From assembly GCF_001194135.2 (NCBI RefSeq), contig NC_068999.1, positions 52,373,571 through 52,428,180 of the forward strand: DNA of 54,610 nt. The letters run 5' to 3'. The stretch comes from Octopus bimaculoides. Lineage: Eukaryota. Below the pieces are notes generated by a model. It saw nothing but the letters and a program-made list of their open reading frames with translations. It did not search any database and was not told the origin of the DNA. Within the stretch, counting starts at the first letter, position 1. Each line of letters opens with the position of its first letter. The position numbers and the translations under genes are program-made. Positions 48,400 to 54,610 of the stretch are shown piece by piece.

Positions 48400-49240
48400 T
48401 GATAGAATCATTAGTGCGTCGGCGTTTCATTTTTGCTCTTTGCTTTCTTGAGTTCGAATCATACTGAGGTCAATTTCACCTTTTATCCTTCCAGGGTTGG
48501 TAAAATAAAAATGCCAGTTCCATTCCCAGGATCAGTGTAACCGACTATCTCTTTCTCCTCAAAATGGCTAGCATTATGCCTAAATAAGAAACCATTATCG
48601 TTATTTGTTTTGTCGTCGTCACTATTTGTCTTTGTACTGTCCCCCTCATCTGCCATAGTGGCAAATAAATAAAATCGTTAGTATTATTATTATTATTATT
48701 GTTGTTGTTGTTGTGAAGGCAGCAAACTGGTACAATCATTAGGTCATTGGAAAAAATGCTCAGCAGCAATTCTTCTTGTTCTTTACATTCTGAACTTAAA
48801 TTTCACTGAAGTCAACTTAGCCTTACATCCTTTTGAGGATCAATAAAATAAGTACCAGTTGAGCACTGGGGTTGATGTAACTGACTATCCCCACCACCAA
48901 AAATTTCAGGCCTTGTGCCTATAGTAGAAAGGATTATTATTACTATTGTTGTTGTTGTTGTTATTATTATTGCGCATGTGGCCAATAAAAAAAACCATTA
49001 TTATTATTATTAAGGTGATGAGCTGGCAGAGCTGTTAGCAGGCTGGACAAAATGCTTCACAGTATTTTGTCTGTCTTTACATTCTGAGTTTAAATTCCAT
49101 CAAGATTAACTTTGCCTTTCATCTTTTCGGGTTGCATAGAATAAGTGCCACTTGAGTACTGGAATTGATGTAATTGACCAGGTCCCTCCCACTAAACAGT
49201 TCAGGCCTTGTGCCTATAGTAGAAAGGATTATTATTATTA
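48400..49240 (+). mobile_element. Three tandem head-B SINE copies
   Basis: Repeated heads and 'ctttcatcctt..aataagtaccagttgagcactgggg' domains at about 48400, 48715 and 49012. Confidence 0.85.
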
Positions 49241-49530
49241 TCATCATTATTATTATTATTATAGGCATACCTTTGAGTAATGGGATTTTTTTTTCCACAT
49301 CAGTGACATAGATTCTTTGGCAGGGCAATCCTGCTGTTTACCAATCTGACCACCACACAAAAAGCAAAAAAGGCATTTATAATCCTTTTTAATAGCAGCT
49401 TGATGAAGAGAGTTATTAAGATTACATTGATCATGTCACAAATGCTCTGATACTGCATTAGCAGAACGTGTTGATTATGAATAACAGTGATTATTATAGC
49501 ATGCATCCAAGCCTGTTCCAATGCTATTAC

Positions 49531-49609
49531 TTGTTGTCTTGCATCATTTAATTTTGAGTTCACTGTTTTCAAGTAATCTTTGATGTGTAGCAAGCACTCT
49601 GTTGAAAAC
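49531..49609 (-). CDS. Candidate coiled-coil exon (FSTECLLHIKDYLKTVNSKLNDARQQ)
   Basis: Acceptor ctcttttattacag and donor CAA|gtaata, within the 114-codon ORF 49300-49644; regular 3/4 hydrophobic heptad. Confidence 0.35.
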
Positions 49610-49959
49610 CTGTAATAAAAGAGTATCTCATGTGCATTCTTCATGATATTTAATGGTAAATACTGTTTTAGAACAATGATCTCTGTTTAAAAAGTTCCAA
49701 GGCATGAATAAAGCCTGTGAGTGACTTTGATGCTGGGTTATTTTTGAGTTCTCATAAGTGACAGATGAAAACTATATTTTGGAGTTTACAGTGGAGGTGC
49801 TTCCATTTATTAATTTAATCAGTGATGTAATATCTTCATAAATATTTGTAGAAATATAATTTATTAATAAGAAACAAATTTCTTACTTCACTCTGTTTTT
49901 TGTTTGTTTTTGTTTTTTTACTTTTCACAAAAGATTTTGAATAGTGCCAAAAGTAGGTG

Positions 49960-50130
49960 CAGATATGGGTGTGTGGTAAGAAGCTTGCTTCCCAACCACA
50001 TGGTTCTAGGTTCAGTCCCACTCTGCGACACCTTTGGAAAGTGTCTTCTACTATTGCTTCAGGCTGACTTAAGTACAATGCCAGCAATTGAAGAGTTTAG
50101 TCAAAGGAAGAGTTTAGTCAATCACATCAA
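49960..50130 (+). mobile_element. Truncated head-A SINE
   Basis: 'gggtgtgtggtaagaagcttgcttcccaaccacatggttc'. Confidence 0.8.
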
Positions 50131-50961
50131 CCTAGTATTTAAATAGTACTTTATTTTATTTCATAAAAACCTAAAAGAAATAGCATTGACAAGAGTTTTC
50201 ATTGTAATTGTAACAAGAGCAGTTCTAAAAGTTATAGTAACAACAATACTTAGCAGCCTCAATGAAACCATCAAGAAGCCAACCAAATCACTGAATAAAT
50301 TTTGTGTAGACAAGAAGACAAGAAATATTTCCAAATGTTTTATTCAGCATTTCAAGTCTGTTACCATTCTCGTTGACTTTATTTGATTGCCGAGCCAATA
50401 CATGTGCCTCGTTGCTGTTATTATATTCAAAACATCACACACACCACAAATTTCATATTTCACAGCAAATATCCTAGATAATATCTTTTGGGAATCTTTT
50501 AAGAAAACCTGTGATGGCTTCAAAGAGTAGAATGTATAAACAAACATGTATATGTGCATGTGCATAACCATAATAAAAAAGGACAAAAAACATATATAGA
50601 TGGATGTATTAATTTTCCTTGCTACTTAACATTCGTGTTAGCATTGGATGTAATGGAGGTTTTGCTGAAAAACGTGCTCTGGCCATTCAACTATCCAACA
50701 GGAGTTGTATATCTATGTATGGGATGATGATGATGTTGTCAATTCCCTTGCCAGTATATCACCCGCTGGCTTTGTACCATCAAAGACATGCTGCAACAGC
50801 AGTTCCGTTACTTGAAAAGCAAGTAAAGGTTAATGACAGGAAGAGCATCCACTTGTGAAACTATGTTACAATGTTATATTTGTAACAATATTTGTTACAA
50901 TATTCTATTTGTCAACTCTTGCTAGCCTTGCAAAAGGGAAGTAAAAATGAAACAAATGAAC

Positions 50962-51350
50962 AGGTACAGGAGTGGCTGTGTGGTAAGTAGCTTGCTTACC
51001 AACCACATGGTTCCGTGTTCAGTCCCACTGTGTGGCATCTTGGGCAAATGTCTTCTACTATAGCCTCAGGCCAACCAAAGCCTTGTGAGTGGATTTGGTA
51101 GACGGAAACTGAAAGAAGCCCGTCGTATATATGTATATATATGTGTGTGTTTGTGTGTCTGCGTTTGTCTCCCTAGCATTGCTTGACAACCGATGCTGAT
51201 GTGTTTATGTCCCCATAACTTAGTGGTTCGGCAAAAAGAGACCGATAGAATAAGTACTAGGCTTCCAAAGAATAAGTCCTGGGGTCGATTTGATTCGACT
51301 AAAGGCAGTGCTCCAGCATTGCCGCAGTCAAATGACTGAAACAAGTAAAA
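50962..51350 (+). mobile_element. Young full-length head-A SINE
   Basis: Complete head, body, (TA/TG)n linker and tail, with many CpGs retained. Confidence 0.95.
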
Positions 51351-52547
51351 AAAAAAATTTTTTAAATATAAAAACAGAAAACGAATTTTGGAAACTTTGC
51401 TTACATCACGACACAGTGCGAAAGTTAACATGCAAAAACACATCTAAAAATTCAACGGACAAAATATGACCATGACAAATAAATCAACAAGTGACTGCTG
51501 CAGTATAATGCTTAGTCAATAAACCATTCGTGGGCAGGTCTACAGGAATTCAATGAGAGANNNNNNNNNNNNNNNNNNNNNNNNNNNNNNNNNNNNNNNN
51601 NNNNNNNNNNNNNNNNNNNNNNNNNNNNNNNNNNNNNNNNNNNNNNNNNNNNNNNNNNNNNNNNNNNNNNNNNNNNNNNNNNNNNNNNNNNNNNNNNNNN
51701 NNNNNNNNNNNNNNNNNNNNNNNNNNNNNNNNNNNNNNNNNNNNNNNNNNNNNNNNNNNNNNNNNNNNNNNNNNNNNNNNNNNNNNNNNNNNNNNNNNNN
51801 NNNNNNNNNNNNNNNNNNNNNTAACCCTAGGTCAGCTCTGATCAAGCAGACTTGTGATCAAAGGTGTTTCAGCCATAACCATCTCACCTCAGTTTCAGAC
51901 AGTATATCTAAAATTACTTTTAGCCAAAGTTTCTTTTCTGTTTTTTAATCCTTTCATGTCTGAATTCATAAAATTAGTTTTTAAACATAAAACATAACGT
52001 TGCCGGGATTTTTTTTTTTGTTAGTATTTTCTTTTAGTTGATTTGCACCTAAAAGCTATTTTAATATGAAACTCATTTATATTTTTAGTTATCAATAAAA
52101 ATATAGTGATGGGACATTGATATTATTCCAGAATTGTTATTTGTCTGAATAAATATTTATGAAAATAATCACATATACCATATATATATATATATATATA
52201 AATATATATACATAGACACACACACGCACACTTATATCTACATACATATATATATGTACATACATACACACACACAATATGTATGTATGTATGCATTTAT
52301 GTATATATGCATACACACACATGATATATCCAAGAAAAAATATAAAAACGCATAAGTATGTAAAAATACAAGACCAGTGAATTTATTTAAATGAACAAAA
52401 TAAAGCAATTTCTAAGTAGAATTGCAAAGCACTACTCACTTTGTACTGTATGTAGCAACTATTTGTGGTTGTCCTCCTTGTTGCCATTTGTGCGAAGATG
52501 ATGTCATATTTGAACAGATATAATTAGTCTTTGGGACATAATTAGTT

Positions 52548-52900
52548 TTCAGGTAGTATGAAAAAGTTCCTGGACTAGTTCTGTAGCACACCAACAGATG
52601 GCAACACACAGTTGCATGATCAGTGAGAGCTAGCAGTGACCTTCATGAGGCAGTGAGCTGAGTGACATTACTGTTTAATTTGCAAGTTGTGAAAAATTGT
52701 GTTTTTATGATCATGTGTCTGCGATTTTTGTCATGGACAGGAAGTTGGAACAAAGAGTTGGAACAAAGAGTTGGAACAAAGAGGCAATATAAAATTTTGT
52801 GTTATACTTGCGAAGTCTGCTACAGAGTCATTGAGCATGCTTTGGTAAGTTTATGGCAACAAGGCAAAGGCTTGTTGCTAAAACTCCCCCGCGAACAAGA
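52548..52900 (+). mobile_element. Mariner element 5' end with transposase N-terminus remnant
   Basis: TIR-like 'gtagtatgaaaaagttcctggact'; MDRKLEQR..(fs)EQRGNIKFCVILAKSATESLSMLW*VYG matches the mariner HTH start EQRxxIKFCxxLGKSATET. Confidence 0.85.
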
Positions 52901-53094
52901 AGCAGTTGAAGGAGAGAACAAGTTCGGCCAGATGAAGAAGTGTGGATGTGTCAGGTTGGAGGTTGGGTCAAAGGTCTCCTCTGTTGTCCATATTGTTAGT
53001 TAGGACAGTGGGACAGTGAACATAAGTGTTCATTAAGTGTCAAGTGTTACATGTAGTAGTCTACCTGGTGGTTGTGAGTTCAATACTTGGGCTA

Positions 53095-53375
53095 CTCATC
53101 AGCATTATCCTTTTAACGTCCACATTTCCATGCTTGCCATGGGTCAGATAGAACTCATTGAGGTAGATTTTCTATGACCAAATTCCCTTCCTGCTATCAA
53201 CCCTCACTTGTTTCCTAGTAAGGTAATATTCCCCCATGGCCAGAAATGTTTCTGCTTCAGATTGGAAATGAAGGACATGGCATTTATGGGGATGACACTT
53301 TATTCTTTTATTCGTTTCAGTCATTTGACTGTGGCCATGCTGGAGTACCACCTTTAGTCGAGCAAATCGACTAAA
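53095..53375 (-). mobile_element. RTE-tail domain and head-A SINE tail
   Basis: Homology to other copies. Confidence 0.75.
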
Positions 53376-53786
53376 ATTCGTATAGGTATGAAAGCTTGTA
53401 TTGAAATAATCAGTGTATGACTTAACTTATTAAACAAAGTTCAACAAATTCATTCATATTTATGTAATGAAGGAGGTTGGTTGTTAAAATGGTTTATAGT
53501 TTTTAGTTTTCATATTTCTATACAATTGTTTCATACAAATGGACTCAGATATTCATAAATATGAAATCGTAATAGTCATATTTGTACTCCTCAGTAGATA
53601 ATAGAAAAACAAAAAAGGATGCTTGAAGTGCATAGGTTTTTTTTTTGTTATCATTTTATGGGATTTATATATTTGTTCTTCCAGTCAGGTTTATTTGACC
53701 CTAGACTAAAAAATATAGGAAGTAGGTGCTAATATATGTAATATTAAATTTGACCCCCTCTCTATGAAATCCAATATCTATCTGTA

Positions 53787-53835
<49 letters not shown>

Positions 53836-53845
53836 NNNNNNNNNN

Positions 53846-53892
<47 letters not shown>

Positions 53893-53959
53893 ACACACAC
53901 ACACACACACACACACAAATGCACTCTGATTCTAGTAGGATAGCAATGGTTTCACAAAT

Positions 53960-54170
53960 ATAAGAATTAACAATACAAGAACTCTATGGTATGGACAGTG
54001 GTATGAGAACAATGGACCCTTATGAAGGTTTTGTTTCCAAGTTCTAAGAATGAGAACATAATACACCATACTACAGACACCTGTTTAAAGTCTGAGGCTG
54101 CAACAACCAAAACATAGTGACAATAACAACCAAAGATGAGGTCACTAGACCGAATATATCAGTGTTTAAA
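53960..54170 (+). mobile_element. Decayed homologue of the 2640-3060 element
   Basis: 'acacctg...caacaaccaaaacatagtgacaataacaaccaaagatgaggtcactagaccgaat' aligns with the reverse complement of 2660-2750. Confidence 0.55.
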
Positions 54171-54610
54171 ATAATGAAAATACCTCATCTTAGAACTATT
54201 GAAAAACATTCAAACATGTTTACAGATTCACTCAGACAACACTCATATTAATTCATATTTGAAAAGCAAACAAAAATAAATTCGAAAACAAAACAAAAAC
54301 AAACACCACAAAAAAACAAACCACCACCCTGAGAAAACAAACTCCAAAAAACAAAAGGAATTATGAATGATACAAAAAATATTTCTGTTTTTTGTAATAG
54401 ATTTTTCCAGTTCTGTAACTAAACTGAAAAATACAAAAAAAACAAAAAAATAATAATGATAATAATAATAGCAACAGCTATTTTATCATTTGCCACTGGG
54501 TCAACACAGACACATACATTACAATACAGAGCAATTTTACAAAATTACAGCACAATGAAAAAAAATTTATATATGGTTGTACAGAAATGCAGACATTCAC
54601 ACACATACAC

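Noticed and set aside
5567-51350. tRNA-like A/B boxes
   Set aside because: They are SINE heads followed by SINE bodies; no complete cloverleaf was seen.
218-53916. Dozens of ORFs rich in YI, CV, HT, ER or X repeats in the ORF track
   Set aside because: They are translations of (TA)n, (TG)n, (CA)n and (GA)n microsatellites or N gaps.
1-54610. CRISPR-like or prokaryotic operon structure
   Set aside because: No regularly spaced repeat-spacer array or compact gene cluster; the sequence is eukaryotic and repeat-rich.

Overview
AT-rich eukaryotic draft-assembly scaffold with ten N-gaps. The SINE, MITE and microsatellite families match what I recall from Octopus (probably O. bimaculoides); this is recognition from memory, not a database result. 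The window is mostly intronic or intergenic and repeat-dominated: tRNA-headed SINEs of three head types, decayed CR1- and RTE-type LINE reverse-transcriptase fragments, a Ty3/Gypsy protease remnant, mariner, hAT and piggyBac-like remnants and MITEs, and many microsatellites. Nearly all ORFs in the supplied track are microsatellite or gap artefacts. No host gene could be named. A few minus-strand candidate exons were found (signal-peptide-like 14634-14731, 16446-16495 plus 16074-16385, SAM-like 9319-9407, coiled-coil 49531-49609), all tentative. The most notable unexplained structure is a set of type-I hammerhead-ribozyme-like motifs with palindromic stem III, sitting in four repeats with no evident shared flanking sequence (2702-2743, 8512-8548, 27429-27468, 42621-42691). 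One lies in a 590-bp unit bounded by 48-bp direct repeats (Penelope/retrozyme-like), another in a 50-bp-arm foldback. Repeat boundaries are approximate (about +/-20 bp).
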